This document shows positions 30,738 through 41,730 of a DNA stretch of 64,000 nt, piece after piece; position 1 is the first letter of the stretch; the number at the start of each line of letters is the position of its first letter. This DNA is from Porphyromonadaceae bacterium UBA4277 (GTDB lineage: Bacteria; Bacteroidota; Bacteroidia; Bacteroidales; Muribaculaceae), in the NCBI GenBank assembly GCA_002395965.1, contig DGVT01000121.1, positions 44,013-108,012 of the forward strand. The letters are read 5' to 3'. The notes beneath the pieces were generated by a model. That model saw only the letters and a program-made list of their open reading frames with translations, had not been told where the DNA came from and did not search any database. The position numbers and the translations under genes are program-made.

Positions 30738-31065
30738 TTAATGCTTTTCGCCCAGACCGCGTGGCTCTGAGCCGTGTTTTCACGTTAATTGTTGGGGTAA
30801 AAAGACATTTTGCCTGTCGTTTTTCGTTTTAAGAAAATGCCTGCAGGCCGATGTTTAGTTCTGTGGTTCTGCAACGAAATCTTGTAGTTAAAAAGCGCAA
30901 ATAAATGTAGTTAACCTAAAAAATCATAAATCGGCTGTTATTTTATTGTTAACATTGTGTATATGTCAAAAACGTTTATTAATTTTGTGAGTTAAAATGC
31001 GTTATCATAACCTGTGCAATAAATCGCAATAAAACATATTAATATAAACCAACAACAAAGTCATT

Positions 31066-34000
31066 ATGAAGAAACAATTACTGCTTCTGTTATTTTCCGT
31101 TGTTGCCGTGCTGGCCTGGGCCCGCACTGTGACCGGAGTGGTGACGCAGGCATCCGACGGCGAGCCCATCATCGGGGCCACCGTGCAGGTGCACGGCACA
31201 ACTCGCGGCACGGCTACCGACATCGACGGAAAGTACTCGATCGACGTCAACGACGGTGACGTGCTCGACGTGTCCTATGTGGGCATGAACCCCGTTTCTG
31301 TGAAAGTGACCGGTGGTAAAACGGTAATCAACATCGAGCTTACCGACAATGCCAAGGTGCTGAGCGAAGTGGTGGTGACCGCCATGGGACAGACTCAAGA
31401 GAAAAAGAAACTGAACTTCGCTGTGCAGACCCTCAACAGCGATGCCGTGACAGCCGGCGGCTCGAACAACTTTGCCAATTCGCTGCAAGGTAAGATTGCC
31501 GGTCTGCAGGTCAACACCGGCGGTGGCTCGCCCAACTCATCTACCCAGGTGATTATCCGTGCCATCTCGTCGGTTAACAACTCGCAGAACAATGAGCCTC
31601 TGCTCATCGTCGATGGTGTGGCAATTCGTGGCCAGGGCTCTTCGCTGGGCGACCTCAACCCCAACGACATTGAGAACATGACAGTGCTCAAGGGCGCTGC
31701 CGCATCGGCACTCTATGGCCAGGAAGCTGCCAACGGCGTGATCATGATCACCACCAAGAGTGGTAGCAAGGATGGCTCGGTGAGGGTGACGGCCAGCACC
31801 AGCCTTGAGGTGAACACCCCCTATCGTGTGCCCAAGCTGCAGTCGATGTTTGCCCCCGGAACCAAGGGTATGTATAAGGAAAACACCTACGGTGGTGGCT
31901 GGGGACCATATCTTAGTGCCACCGACACACGCTATGACAACGTGGGCGACTTCCTAAAGAATGGCTTCATGCAGAAGTATGACGTGTCGATCTCGGGAGG
32001 AACCGAGAAATTCAATTCCTATGCTTCGGTAGCCTACATCGACCACAATGGTATAGTGCCCAAGGACTACAAGAAACAAATCACCGTCTTCCTCAAGGGC
32101 ACATACAAGCCCTCGGACAAGGTGACCTTCCAGTTGTCAACCAACATTATCAACACCAAGGCACGCTCGTTTGGCAATTCAATGTCAACGCCCTATTACT
32201 GGGGACGCAACAAGAACATGGCCGATTATCAGACACTTGAGGGCCACGTCAACTGGGGCGCCACCTATGATAACTGGGACGTGATGCTGGACCGCGAGCG
32301 CATCACAGCTGCCATTTCGCCCTACTATGGCCGTTATAAAGACAGCAGCGTGACCGAGAGCAACCGTTTCATGATTAACGGCCAAATCAGCTATGAGCCG
32401 ATTAAGGACCTCGTGTTCTCGGGCAAAATCGGTTACGACAAGGGCTATTCGATGTACGACTCCTATACGGTGCCCCGCTATTACGACGGCGACCTGAACC
32501 ATGATCTGAGCGACTACATTGCCGACTGGGCCAGCACCGACGAGCAAACTCTGCCCGAGGACCTGATCACGCAGCTCAACGGACAAGGACTGTGGTACAA
32601 ATATGGTTCAGTAAGTTTTCAGCCGTCACGCAGCGAGCAGTTCACGGCGCAGTTCTTAGGCACCTACCAGAAGACCTTTGCCGAGGACTTTACTTTCAAC
32701 CTGCTCTATGGTATGGAATACAAAGAGCGCAAGGGACTTGAATCGGCCATAGGCAACGACTGGTTCCAGTTAGGTGGCGACTTCTACAGCTTTGCCAATA
32801 CCTATTTTAATACCACGTCCAACGACAAGGGCGTGATACTCGACCTGCTGGCTTCTAACCGGCCGACCCTGTATCATTCGCGCTGGAACAAATATGGCTA
32901 CTTTGGCGAAATCCGCTTCGACTATAAAGGTGTGGCACAACTCTCGGCCACCTATCGCCGCGACGCCTCGTCGCGCCTGCTGCAGGCTGCCCGCACTGCC
33001 TATTCCTACCCGTCGATCACCGGCGGTATAATCTTCAGTGAGCTGTTCCACTTGCACAACCAGTGGTTCTCCTACGGCAAGATACGCGGCAACTGGGCAA
33101 AGGTGGGTAAAGACTGCCCGGCCTACCTGTTTACCGACACCTACAAGCAATGGGTGACATTCCCCGATGGCGGCTATGGCGTGGATCCCACGACCTCACG
33201 TGCTACCGACCTCGAGCCGGAGATGGACAGCTCATGGGAAATCGGTGCCGACCTGCGCTTCTTCAACAGTCGCACCCGCCTCGACATTGCCTACTATGAG
33301 ACCAAGGCCGACAACCAGATTGTCTCGGTGCGCGTCTCGCCGGCATCGGGCACCATCCTCCAAACCCGCAACGAGGGAACCATCAAGAACCATGGTATGG
33401 AAATCACCTTGGCGCAAGACATCATCAAGAGTACCGACTTTGACTGGACGGCAACGCTTAACTACTCGTTCAACCGCGGCCGTGTGACCAAGCTGCCCGA
33501 GGACGTGATAGAAATCCAGGGTACGCAGTATGGCGACATCTTCCCGGTGGCCCGCCTCAACGGCTCGTCAACCGGTATCTCGGGTAAGGACTATGAGCGC
33601 GACCCCGACGGCAACGTGATATGCAATGCCGACGGTTACCCCATCATCAGCCCGCAGAAGGGACTCTACATCGGTAACCGCGAGCCGAACTTCCTGCTTG
33701 GCCTGGGCTCGGTGTTCCGTTACAAGAATGCTACGTTGTCGTTCCTGCTCGACGGACGCAGTGGCGGCGATGTGGTGAACGTGACCGGCCGCAGCCTGAT
33801 CTCCAACGGCATGAATCACCTCTATGACAAGTACCGTAACCGCGAGATCATTTTCAACGGCGTGCAGGCCGTTACCGCTGCCGATGGCACGGTGAGCTAT
33901 GTGCCTAACCGCACAGCCGTGGTGCTGGACCAGAACTTTATCAATACCTACTATAATGTGTCGTCCAACTTTATCGAGGACGGCTCCTACATCCGTCTGA

Positions 34001-34230
34001 GCTACGTTACGCTGGGCTACGACTTCACTCCGCATTTCAAGAAGTCATGGCCCGTGAAGGGACTCACGGCCACGTTCACCGGCCGCAACCTGCTGCTGCT
34101 CACCAAGTACACCGGTAACGACCCGGCAGTCCTTGCCAGCACAGCCGGTGGTACGGGTGGCATGGGAATTGACAACTACAACGTGCCCAGCACTCGCAGT
34201 TTTAACTTCACGCTTAAAGCCACTTTCTAA
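31066..34230 (+). CDS. SusC/RagA-family TonB-dependent outer membrane transporter
   Basis: CarboxypepD-reg N-domain, LSEVVVTAMG, plug NPNDIENMTVLKGAAASALYG..AANGVIMITTK, C-terminal FNFTLKATF. Confidence 0.96.
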   Translation: MKKQLLLLLFSVVAVLAWARTVTGVVTQASDGEPIIGATVQVHGTTRGTATDIDGKYSIDVNDGDVLDVSYVGMNPVSVKVTGGKTVINIELTDNAKVLSEVVVTAMGQTQEKKKLNFAVQTLNSDAVTAGGSNNFANSLQGKIAGLQVNTGGGSPNSSTQVIIRAISSVNNSQNNEPLLIVDGVAIRGQGSSLGDLNPNDIENMTVLKGAAASALYGQEAANGVIMITTKSGSKDGSVRVTASTSLEVNTPYRVPKLQSMFAPGTKGMYKENTYGGGWGPYLSATDTRYDNVGDFLKNGFMQKYDVSISGGTEKFNSYASVAYIDHNGIVPKDYKKQITVFLKGTYKPSDKVTFQLSTNIINTKARSFGNSMSTPYYWGRNKNMADYQTLEGHVNWGATYDNWDVMLDRERITAAISPYYGRYKDSSVTESNRFMINGQISYEPIKDLVFSGKIGYDKGYSMYDSYTVPRYYDGDLNHDLSDYIADWASTDEQTLPEDLITQLNGQGLWYKYGSVSFQPSRSEQFTAQFLGTYQKTFAEDFTFNLLYGMEYKERKGLESAIGNDWFQLGGDFYSFANTYFNTTSNDKGVILDLLASNRPTLYHSRWNKYGYFGEIRFDYKGVAQLSATYRRDASSRLLQAARTAYSYPSITGGIIFSELFHLHNQWFSYGKIRGNWAKVGKDCPAYLFTDTYKQWVTFPDGGYGVDPTTSRATDLEPEMDSSWEIGADLRFFNSRTRLDIAYYETKADNQIVSVRVSPASGTILQTRNEGTIKNHGMEITLAQDIIKSTDFDWTATLNYSFNRGRVTKLPEDVIEIQGTQYGDIFPVARLNGSSTGISGKDYERDPDGNVICNADGYPIISPQKGLYIGNREPNFLLGLGSVFRYKNATLSFLLDGRSGGDVVNVTGRSLISNGMNHLYDKYRNREIIFNGVQAVTAADGTVSYVPNRTAVVLDQNFINTYYNVSSNFIEDGSYIRLSYVTLGYDFTPHFKKSWPVKGLTATFTGRNLLLLTKYTGNDPAVLASTAGGTGGMGIDNYNVPSTRSFNFTLKATF

Positions 34231-34242
34231 ACGTCAACAACT

Positions 34243-36159
34243 ATGAATAAGATAAAATTAATAGCTTCGCTGCTTTTAGCCAGCCTTGTCATGGTGGGTT
34301 GTAATGATGTGCTCGACGAAAACGTCAATCCCGATAAGGCGCACGTCATCAATGCCAAAGTGGGACTTCCGGTGCTTGTGTTCTACGCTCAGCAGATAGT
34401 GTATGACCACTCGGAATATTACGCTTATTTCTCACAAATGCTCACTACCGGCGGAAAAAGTTCCATCGGTGCCTATTCCTACAAGTGCGAGCAGGAAATG
34501 CTCACCATGAACCGCCACCCGATGTGGCGCCGTCACTTCTACGACATTGGCAAGAACTCTCTGAACCTGGTGAATAACTCGCGCGACATCAACTCGCCCA
34601 ACTACGAGCTTATAGCGCGCACCATCATGCTCATGTCAACGCAGCTCACCACCGACGCCTTCGGCGACATGCCTCGCAGCCAGGCCTATCTGGTGAATGC
34701 CCCCACCTACGACACCCAGGCCTCGATCTATGCCTGGATGATGAAGGAGATTGACGACCTGATAGCCATGTACGAAGACGAGTCGATCACCAAAAACGTG
34801 AATAATGAGAAAATTTCGTCGATCGAAGACCGCGTCTATGCCGGCGACCTCGAGAAGTGGAAAGGCCTCGTGTATGCCATCAAGGCCCGACTGCTGCTGC
34901 GCAACATCCCCAATGTGGATCGCAGCCCGGCCATGTGCCAGAAGATTGTGGATGCTGCCGACCAGGCCATCAACCAGTGGCGCAAGGGCGACCTGCTGTA
35001 TGGCGCATGGTTCGGCAATGAGCCGCGTTATAACTTCGATGGCGGCACGGGCACACAAAATGCCGTGTGGAGTGTTGCACAGCCGGTTATCAACTCCTGG
35101 GAGTCGCGTGGCAACCTGCTGGGTAATGCCATTCCGTCGAAATTCTTCATGGTTGACCTGCTTGGCCTTAACTCGCCCGACGACGAAAACAACAACGGCG
35201 TGTTTGGCGGCGAGGGAGGCCGTAACGACGGCTTTGCCAACGATCCGCGCTGCGGACTGCTGATGATAGCCCGCACAGGCCCCACAACAGCTTCCAATGC
35301 CAACGAGCGTATCAAGATGCGCTATCTGGAGAATAACATCGGCATGGGCTCGAGCTTCAAGATAGCTAACTTCCCCAACCTCTACATGGGTGCCTATGCC
35401 GGAGCCAACGACTGCTATAACCCCATCTTCACCATGGAGGAGCTCTACTTTATCAAGGCCGAGGCTCTCTACTGGATGGGACGCAAGGCCGAGGCCTGCG
35501 AGCTGACAAAGGAGGCCACACAGTGGAACATCCAGCGCCACCTCGACTTCTTCCAGAAGCAATATCCTAATAGCAACGCCGACAGCAACTACCCCGGCAA
35601 CGCCATGGCAGGCGGCAAGCCCGGCTATGAGTCGAAGGACGCCTGGGAAATGCAGCTCAAGTCGTTCTTTGAGAATTATGAGGAATATACTACTCAGATA
35701 ATACGCGGGCGCGAAGTGACCACCTACTATGTGCACAAGGTGACCGAGCGCGGTAATAAGCACTGGTTCTTCAACCCCAGCGAATTCTCGCTGAGCGACC
35801 TCATGCAGCAGAAGTATATTGCCATGTACTTGCAGCCCGAGCAGTGGACCGACATGCGCCGCTATCACTACAGCAATAACCGCAACCACTATGGCATAGG
35901 CGACAACAATGAGATAATCTATCCCACGCTGCGTCGCCCCTATAACCTGTATGCGGCCTACTGGATTGACGGTCTCACCGAGGCTGAAAAGGAAAACACC
36001 TGGATTCAGCGTCTGAACTATGACCCCGAGACCGAGGAGAAATATAACCGCAGCGAGCTGCAGCGATTGGGAGCTTACAAAAACTACAAGTGGCTGCAGA
36101 AACCCATGAACTGGGCCTATGACTACGGCGTGGTTAAGTCTCTCACGAGCGAAGAATGA
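34243..36159 (+). CDS. SusD/RagB-family lipoprotein
   Basis: Lipobox MVGC, LTTDAFGDMP, QQKYIAMY...EQWTDMRR; directly after SusC. Confidence 0.92.
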   Translation: MNKIKLIASLLLASLVMVGCNDVLDENVNPDKAHVINAKVGLPVLVFYAQQIVYDHSEYYAYFSQMLTTGGKSSIGAYSYKCEQEMLTMNRHPMWRRHFYDIGKNSLNLVNNSRDINSPNYELIARTIMLMSTQLTTDAFGDMPRSQAYLVNAPTYDTQASIYAWMMKEIDDLIAMYEDESITKNVNNEKISSIEDRVYAGDLEKWKGLVYAIKARLLLRNIPNVDRSPAMCQKIVDAADQAINQWRKGDLLYGAWFGNEPRYNFDGGTGTQNAVWSVAQPVINSWESRGNLLGNAIPSKFFMVDLLGLNSPDDENNNGVFGGEGGRNDGFANDPRCGLLMIARTGPTTASNANERIKMRYLENNIGMGSSFKIANFPNLYMGAYAGANDCYNPIFTMEELYFIKAEALYWMGRKAEACELTKEATQWNIQRHLDFFQKQYPNSNADSNYPGNAMAGGKPGYESKDAWEMQLKSFFENYEEYTTQIIRGREVTTYYVHKVTERGNKHWFFNPSEFSLSDLMQQKYIAMYLQPEQWTDMRRYHYSNNRNHYGIGDNNEIIYPTLRRPYNLYAAYWIDGLTEAEKENTWIQRLNYDPETEEKYNRSELQRLGAYKNYKWLQKPMNWAYDYGVVKSLTSEE

Positions 36160-36188
36160 TTTGAAGCGATTTTTAATATTTCAAACTA

Positions 36189-37241
36189 ATGAAGATCATG
36201 AAATTATATAAGATTTTCGCAATAGCGGCTGTGATGGCCATGACAACCACTTCGTGTGCCGTTCACGACCCCTTTGCCGACAATATGGAGATCGGGCAGG
36301 TGCTGCCCACCGTCGATTGGGAGCAGAACTCTGTCCTGGTCAAGGCCGGCGGCTATGCAACCTTCAAGGCTAAGTATTACACGGCCGAGGGGCTGGAGAT
36401 CGATCACAGCGAGGTGTGGGCAATGATCAAGCGCGACCAGACGGCCGAGGCCACGAGCAAGCTCACCTCGTCGTTAGCCTATACCAAGTCGATAACCCAG
36501 GCCGACACTGTGCGCAGCATGCAAAGCCTGGCATCGTTCCCCCACAGCAATGCCGAGTGGGATGGTCACGAATATGTGCTCAACGACTCGTTCCCCACGA
36601 GCCGCACACTGGCACCGCAAGCATGGGTAACCCCCACCGAGTGGGACGAGGAAAAGTTCAACCAGTATTACCCGCCGACGTTCAAGAGCGAGTTTGTTGA
36701 GCACATGATTACCTATCTCACCCGTGATAGCGTGTATTATAACGACTTGCGCAACATCTACATCAACTACGACTTCACTGCCGAGCAGTTTGAGGCTTTG
36801 AATGCCAAGTATGGAGTGGATTTCCCCACGGTGACCGAGGCCGGCGAAAAGTCGGACGCCTGGTTCGCAACGTCGGAGGTCGATCACTACTACTATGAGA
36901 CTGTGGTCGATGGCGTTACTACAATCCATGAGATTGCTACCGCCGATGCTGCTCCGTCAGGAGCTAATGTGTATGAGGTGTATAAGTCCTCGCCCTGGCT
37001 CATCAGCCGTTACAGCGACGACACCGGTGGCCGCATCACCTACGTCCGCCACGAGTATATGCCCTACTGGAAAGAACTCATCAGTTCAATCCCGTTTGAG
37101 GACTGGATTTATAACACTGCCGACAAGAACTATGCCGTGAATTTCAACCGCAGCTACTCGGTGTTGCCTGAGTTCAGGGTGTATGACAACAAGGGCAAGT
37201 TTGGTAAAACCACCGACAATAAGGAAGTTTCACTCAATTAA
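36189..37241 (+). CDS. Hypothetical lipoprotein in the SusCD operon
   Basis: Lipobox TTSC; Tyr/Trp-rich; operonic spacing. Confidence 0.75.
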   Translation: MKIMKLYKIFAIAAVMAMTTTSCAVHDPFADNMEIGQVLPTVDWEQNSVLVKAGGYATFKAKYYTAEGLEIDHSEVWAMIKRDQTAEATSKLTSSLAYTKSITQADTVRSMQSLASFPHSNAEWDGHEYVLNDSFPTSRTLAPQAWVTPTEWDEEKFNQYYPPTFKSEFVEHMITYLTRDSVYYNDLRNIYINYDFTAEQFEALNAKYGVDFPTVTEAGEKSDAWFATSEVDHYYYETVVDGVTTIHEIATADAAPSGANVYEVYKSSPWLISRYSDDTGGRITYVRHEYMPYWKELISSIPFEDWIYNTADKNYAVNFNRSYSVLPEFRVYDNKGKFGKTTDNKEVSLN

Positions 37242-37254
37242 TCTGTCTTGACCT

Positions 37255-38967
37255 ATGAAACTGATAAGAAATTTAGCATTAGCGGCCTTGGCGGCTCTTT
37301 CGCTCACGGCTTGCGTTGATAAAGAACCCGACTATGGCGACTTCGCCGGAAAGGATGTCGATTTCACTTATAACGTCGATGGTGATGAATATACGCTCGA
37401 CTTCTATGTGGTATCTACCATCCAGTTCAATAATACCTCGGCCGTGAACGGGTCGCCAAAGTGGGACTTCGGCGATGGCACGACCTCGACCGAGGCCAAC
37501 CCGAAACACAAATACCGCGAGGCCGGACTGTATCAGGTTTCGCTCACTATCGATGGCGCAGGCACACGCACCTACCCACTGCTCATCTACGACATTGCCC
37601 CCATTCTCTCGGTCACCGAGCAGAGTGCCCCCACAGTGGTAATCAACGATGTCACCGTGAAGCTGGGTATTGAGCTGCCTAACCCCGAGGACCTTGAGTG
37701 CTCCTATGAGTGGACGTTCCCCGACGGCACGATGAAGGCCGACGGCACACCCATCACCACCTTCAAGGGTGAAGACCCGGGTGAGCTCAAGTTCCGCAAC
37801 ATCGGGTCGCAGCGCATTGAGCTGAAGACCTACTTCGACGTCAATGGCGAGAACCGTCGCCTCCAGGACTCCTATGTCAACGTGCAAGTGGGCTCTAACG
37901 TGCCGGCTCCCACATTGTATTATGCCGAGCTGGGCGGGAACATCAAGGCCTACAAGCTGATAAACAAGGAAGACCTGCCTGCCGGCACTAAGAACATGCC
38001 ATTTGACATGGGCGTGAGCAGTGGCAATATGCCCACCACGCTGGTGTTTGGAGTGGAGAAAACTGTCACCGACGAAGGCGTCACCGAGCAGGACAATGTC
38101 TATATCTTGGACTGCGGCAAGCAGTACTACTATGTCAACGACGAGAACGGCACATTGGGCGATGGCAAGATTACCGTGATGAGTGCCGACGGCACTAATG
38201 TGAACATCATGGTAACCAACGTTGGCGGTCAGGCGTTTAACGACCCGTTCCAGGGCGTGGCCGACAGTGAATATCTATACTACACCGACCGCAACACGGG
38301 CATTCGCCGCATTCCGCTCTCGACGCGTGGCGAGGTGGAGCAGACCGAGTTCCACAGCACCACTGGCTACTTCGTGGTTAACAACCAGCTGGCCTATTAC
38401 GGCCAGGGCATTGCCTATGGTGCCATCCACACAGGGCTGTATATCGACAAGAACGGCATGTTCTGGTGGGGAAAGAACTACTCGGGCTATGGCATCTACC
38501 GCTTCTCGGTGGGTGATATAGGCAAGACTGCCCCGGGCACTCCTGTGCCACATCCTGTGGTGTTGCCCACCACGCAGCCGCGCGGCTTCACGCTCGATGA
38601 GGAGTTAGGCTACCTCTATGTGTGGATGACAAAGGGCTCGACGCCCGGTGTGGGCTTCGGCCAGTATCCGCTGCCTGCCGAAGGCGAGGGACTTGACTAC
38701 GACAAGTTTATCAAGTTTATCGAAATGGATGCCGACCCCATCAACAGCACCGACGCTGAGGGCGTATATACCACTCAGATGGCTGTTGACTACAACGATG
38801 CCAACCATCGCGTCTATTTCGGCTTCCGTGCCGCTGCCAGCGAGAAGAAATACACCACCGGTCTGAGCTTCTTCAATCCGGCCACCGGAACCATTGAGAA
38901 GTATAACGACAATAACGACAAGATACTGGGTGTGTGCATCAATCCTCGCCTGACCAACTTGTTCTAA
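37255..38967 (+). CDS. PKD-domain lipoprotein with probable beta-propeller
   Basis: Lipobox LTAC; PKD signature WDFGDGTTSTEANPKHKY...G.YQVSL; YYTD/WWG strand repeats. Confidence 0.8.
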   Translation: MKLIRNLALAALAALSLTACVDKEPDYGDFAGKDVDFTYNVDGDEYTLDFYVVSTIQFNNTSAVNGSPKWDFGDGTTSTEANPKHKYREAGLYQVSLTIDGAGTRTYPLLIYDIAPILSVTEQSAPTVVINDVTVKLGIELPNPEDLECSYEWTFPDGTMKADGTPITTFKGEDPGELKFRNIGSQRIELKTYFDVNGENRRLQDSYVNVQVGSNVPAPTLYYAELGGNIKAYKLINKEDLPAGTKNMPFDMGVSSGNMPTTLVFGVEKTVTDEGVTEQDNVYILDCGKQYYYVNDENGTLGDGKITVMSADGTNVNIMVTNVGGQAFNDPFQGVADSEYLYYTDRNTGIRRIPLSTRGEVEQTEFHSTTGYFVVNNQLAYYGQGIAYGAIHTGLYIDKNGMFWWGKNYSGYGIYRFSVGDIGKTAPGTPVPHPVVLPTTQPRGFTLDEELGYLYVWMTKGSTPGVGFGQYPLPAEGEGLDYDKFIKFIEMDADPINSTDAEGVYTTQMAVDYNDANHRVYFGFRAAASEKKYTTGLSFFNPATGTIEKYNDNNDKILGVCINPRLTNLF

Positions 38968-39054
38968 TCGTGTCGCATGGGCAACCTCGGCGAGTGAGGT
39001 GCCTGTAGGCATAGCATGGGCGACCTCTTTGAGGTTGAGCACCATGCCGGAAAC

Positions 39055-39094
39055 GCAAAAAGGGTGTGTCGGAATGCCGACACACCCTTTTTGC
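39055..39094. terminator. Bidirectional intrinsic terminator
   Basis: gcaaaaagggtgtgtcgg-aatg-ccgacacaccctttttgc between convergent genes. Confidence 0.88.
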
Positions 39095-39109
39095 ATAGTT
39101 GCTTGTTTA

Positions 39110-41416
39110 TTATTCTTTGCCCAGGATGATGCGTATCACATAGTTCACATCGTCGATATCTACGGTGCCGTTACCGTCGGCATCGCCAGGCAGGGGTTGC
39201 GGATCGACGGGGTCAACAGGGTCGTCGGGGTCGCCGGGCTGGTCGGGTAATAGCAGTGTGTAGATGCCTGTGCCCTTGGCCGTAATGAGTTCGCCGGCGC
39301 TATGGTAGTATAGCCATCCGAAATATTTGAAGTCGTTCACCACGTTGTAGCAATCGAATTGCAGTGTCGTGCTCTGGCCCGGCTCGAGGGTTATGTGCTT
39401 AGACTGCGTCTGTATGGATGTGCCATAGTTGCTGTATGTCACGCGGTAGCAGCGGAATGAGATGTCCTCGTCGTAGGTGGTGGGGCCGTCGTTGGTGACG
39501 GTGGCCAGCACGCTGAAGGCGTCGCCGGTGATGACCTTGCCCACCGAGTCGGTGATGTTGAGCAACCGGGCATCGATGGTGAGCTGGGCCTCGGGCATCG
39601 ATTTGATGATGAGCGTGCGCGTGGCGATGGGCGATGTGCCGTCTTCGTTGAGCGAGAAGGTGAGCGTCTTGCTGCCGGCCTCGGTGGGGACAAAGCGGAA
39701 AACGACGTCGCCGCTGGCGCCGGGAACCATGTCGGCCATTCCGGCCGAGGTGAACTCGCCGTCAACGTAGAGATAGACGCGGTCGCCGCGGGTTATGCCC
39801 TTGTTGGTCAGGTTGGCAGTGATGTTGACCGCCTTGCCGTGGTTGAGCGTGCCGGCAAAGTCGATGCTGTTCACGTCATATTGCGGCGTCCCGGCAGTGC
39901 CGTGCCCCTCGATGGTGCAGCGCTTTTCGGCAAAGGTGACCTCGATGTAGTTCACGTCGCTACCCACACATGGCACCCAGTTGCCGCTGTTGTACACGGC
40001 GCAGATGGGCACGATGCGGTAGGTGCCCGAGGTGATGCCTGCTCCGAAGCTCAGTGTGCGGGCGTTGGTGGAGATGTAGCCGCCGGCAGCCAGGTTGGTA
40101 GTGTAGCCCGAATAGAGGCGGGTAACCAGCTGGCCGTCTTTATACAGTCCCCAGCCCAGGTTGAACGACGAGGTCTGCGACGTGTAGTTGTAGTATCTGC
40201 CCGACACGGTGACCGAGAATGTATAGGCCGACGAAGTGCGCGTCGTCGAAGTGCTTGAGATTTCCATGTCGCGGTAGGTGAGAATCTCGGTGTTGGTGCC
40301 ATCGGTGCCCGGCTCCAGGCCTATGCCCATGCCTTGACCGTAGATGTAGCCATAGGCTCCGGCCACGCTGCCTATTCCCTGGCTGCTGGGGTTGAGCACG
40401 TTAAGCAGGAAGTAACCGTCGCTCTGGCTTCCCCAGCCCCAGTTGATGTGGAACATTCCGTTGCCGTCGTAGCCGTCGCACACAAAGGCGTGGCCGCCAC
40501 TGCTCTTGTTGCCGCCATAGGCCACCGGACGGCCGGCCGCCAGCTCGTCGTAGAGCATCTGCTCCCACTCTTCGGTGCTGTAGTTCTCACGTGCCACATA
40601 GCGTGCATCGGGCTTGAAGCCGAAGTAGGTGGCCAGTGCCGACGGTATGCGCGAGGTGAGCGATGAGGAGCTGGAGGCAAGAAAATTCATCTTCACCGAC
40701 TGTGCGCAATACTTCATGAGCGTGGCCACGGCACGGGCCGCCTGGCGTGTGGTGTCGTCGGTGTAGTAGATGTCCTCCATGCTGTCCCAGTCAAAGTCAA
40801 CCGGTTCCAGCGACGCCATGTAGATGTTGTTGGTAGAGGTGGTGTAGGCCGGGATGGTGGCTGTGGGGCGTGGTGGCCAGCGGTGGGCATACATGATTTG
40901 TGCCATGGCGGTGGCCACGCAGCCCGTCGAGGCGTGTTTGCCGCTCACAAAGGGCAGCAGAATGTTATATGGCGTGCCTTGGTTCCACCGTGCCGGCACA
41001 AGCGGGGCAATGGCCGCGAGCCCGCTCAGGTGCTGTGGTACGTCGGCCTGAGGGTCGCTGTCGAGCTCGGCAATCTGTGTCTCATAGCTCTCGAGCAGTT
41101 CTCGCATGGCGTCGGGCATGGTGCCGGTATCGAGCGTGCCGTTGTGGCTGTAGCCCAGCACTGCCGGCACGCGGTCGTCGCCGGCCACAATCACATAGCC
41201 TCCGCGGCTTATTGTGGTGTTGAAAATGTAGTAGGGTGTCTGAGCTGTCGTCGGTCCCGATGCCAAACGTGGCAAGGCCTTTGCCTGGACAAGTGTTCTG
41301 CCCGGCATCACCTGTGCGGCGGTGCGCAATGCCTGCGTGGGGGTCACGGGAGCGGCCACGGCTGTCAAGACTGCTGCTACAGCTGTGGCAAGAGCGTGAA
41401 TGCGAAAGTTGTGCAT
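39110..41416 (-). CDS. C10 (streptopain-like) cysteine peptidase with Spi-like prodomain and single C-terminal dockerin-like repeat
   Basis: GGYVIVAGDDRVPAVLGYS; WNQGTPYN; TGCVATAMAQIM (Cys); GHAFVCDGY (His); HINWGWG; tail GDADGNGTVDIDDVNYVIRIIL. Confidence 0.92.
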   Translation of the reverse strand: MHNFRIHALATAVAAVLTAVAAPVTPTQALRTAAQVMPGRTLVQAKALPRLASGPTTAQTPYYIFNTTISRGGYVIVAGDDRVPAVLGYSHNGTLDTGTMPDAMRELLESYETQIAELDSDPQADVPQHLSGLAAIAPLVPARWNQGTPYNILLPFVSGKHASTGCVATAMAQIMYAHRWPPRPTATIPAYTTSTNNIYMASLEPVDFDWDSMEDIYYTDDTTRQAARAVATLMKYCAQSVKMNFLASSSSSLTSRIPSALATYFGFKPDARYVARENYSTEEWEQMLYDELAAGRPVAYGGNKSSGGHAFVCDGYDGNGMFHINWGWGSQSDGYFLLNVLNPSSQGIGSVAGAYGYIYGQGMGIGLEPGTDGTNTEILTYRDMEISSTSTTRTSSAYTFSVTVSGRYYNYTSQTSSFNLGWGLYKDGQLVTRLYSGYTTNLAAGGYISTNARTLSFGAGITSGTYRIVPICAVYNSGNWVPCVGSDVNYIEVTFAEKRCTIEGHGTAGTPQYDVNSIDFAGTLNHGKAVNITANLTNKGITRGDRVYLYVDGEFTSAGMADMVPGASGDVVFRFVPTEAGSKTLTFSLNEDGTSPIATRTLIIKSMPEAQLTIDARLLNITDSVGKVITGDAFSVLATVTNDGPTTYDEDISFRCYRVTYSNYGTSIQTQSKHITLEPGQSTTLQFDCYNVVNDFKYFGWLYYHSAGELITAKGTGIYTLLLPDQPGDPDDPVDPVDPQPLPGDADGNGTVDIDDVNYVIRIILGKE

Positions 41417-41730
41417 GTGATTTAATGAATGATTAGTGATTAAAGCGCAAAGGTAACAAAAAAATAGTGTATTATGAAAATTTATTTCAAAATTGCATGA
41501 AATAATAGGTTGACGTGCAAATGTGTAATCTGCTTCTCGATGCTTGTCAAGGTCTTTGCCGTGGTCGGCAACTAAAGTTGCCTATGTGCCTTTTATGATA
41601 GTTTATAGGTTCTGTTTAAGCATATTTTCAACTTTGTTATTTAATAATTTGGAAGACTCAGAAAAAATTACTTACTTTGCTTGATTAAAAATATAAACCT
41701 AAATTTATTAACTATAAATCGTTTTTTAGC

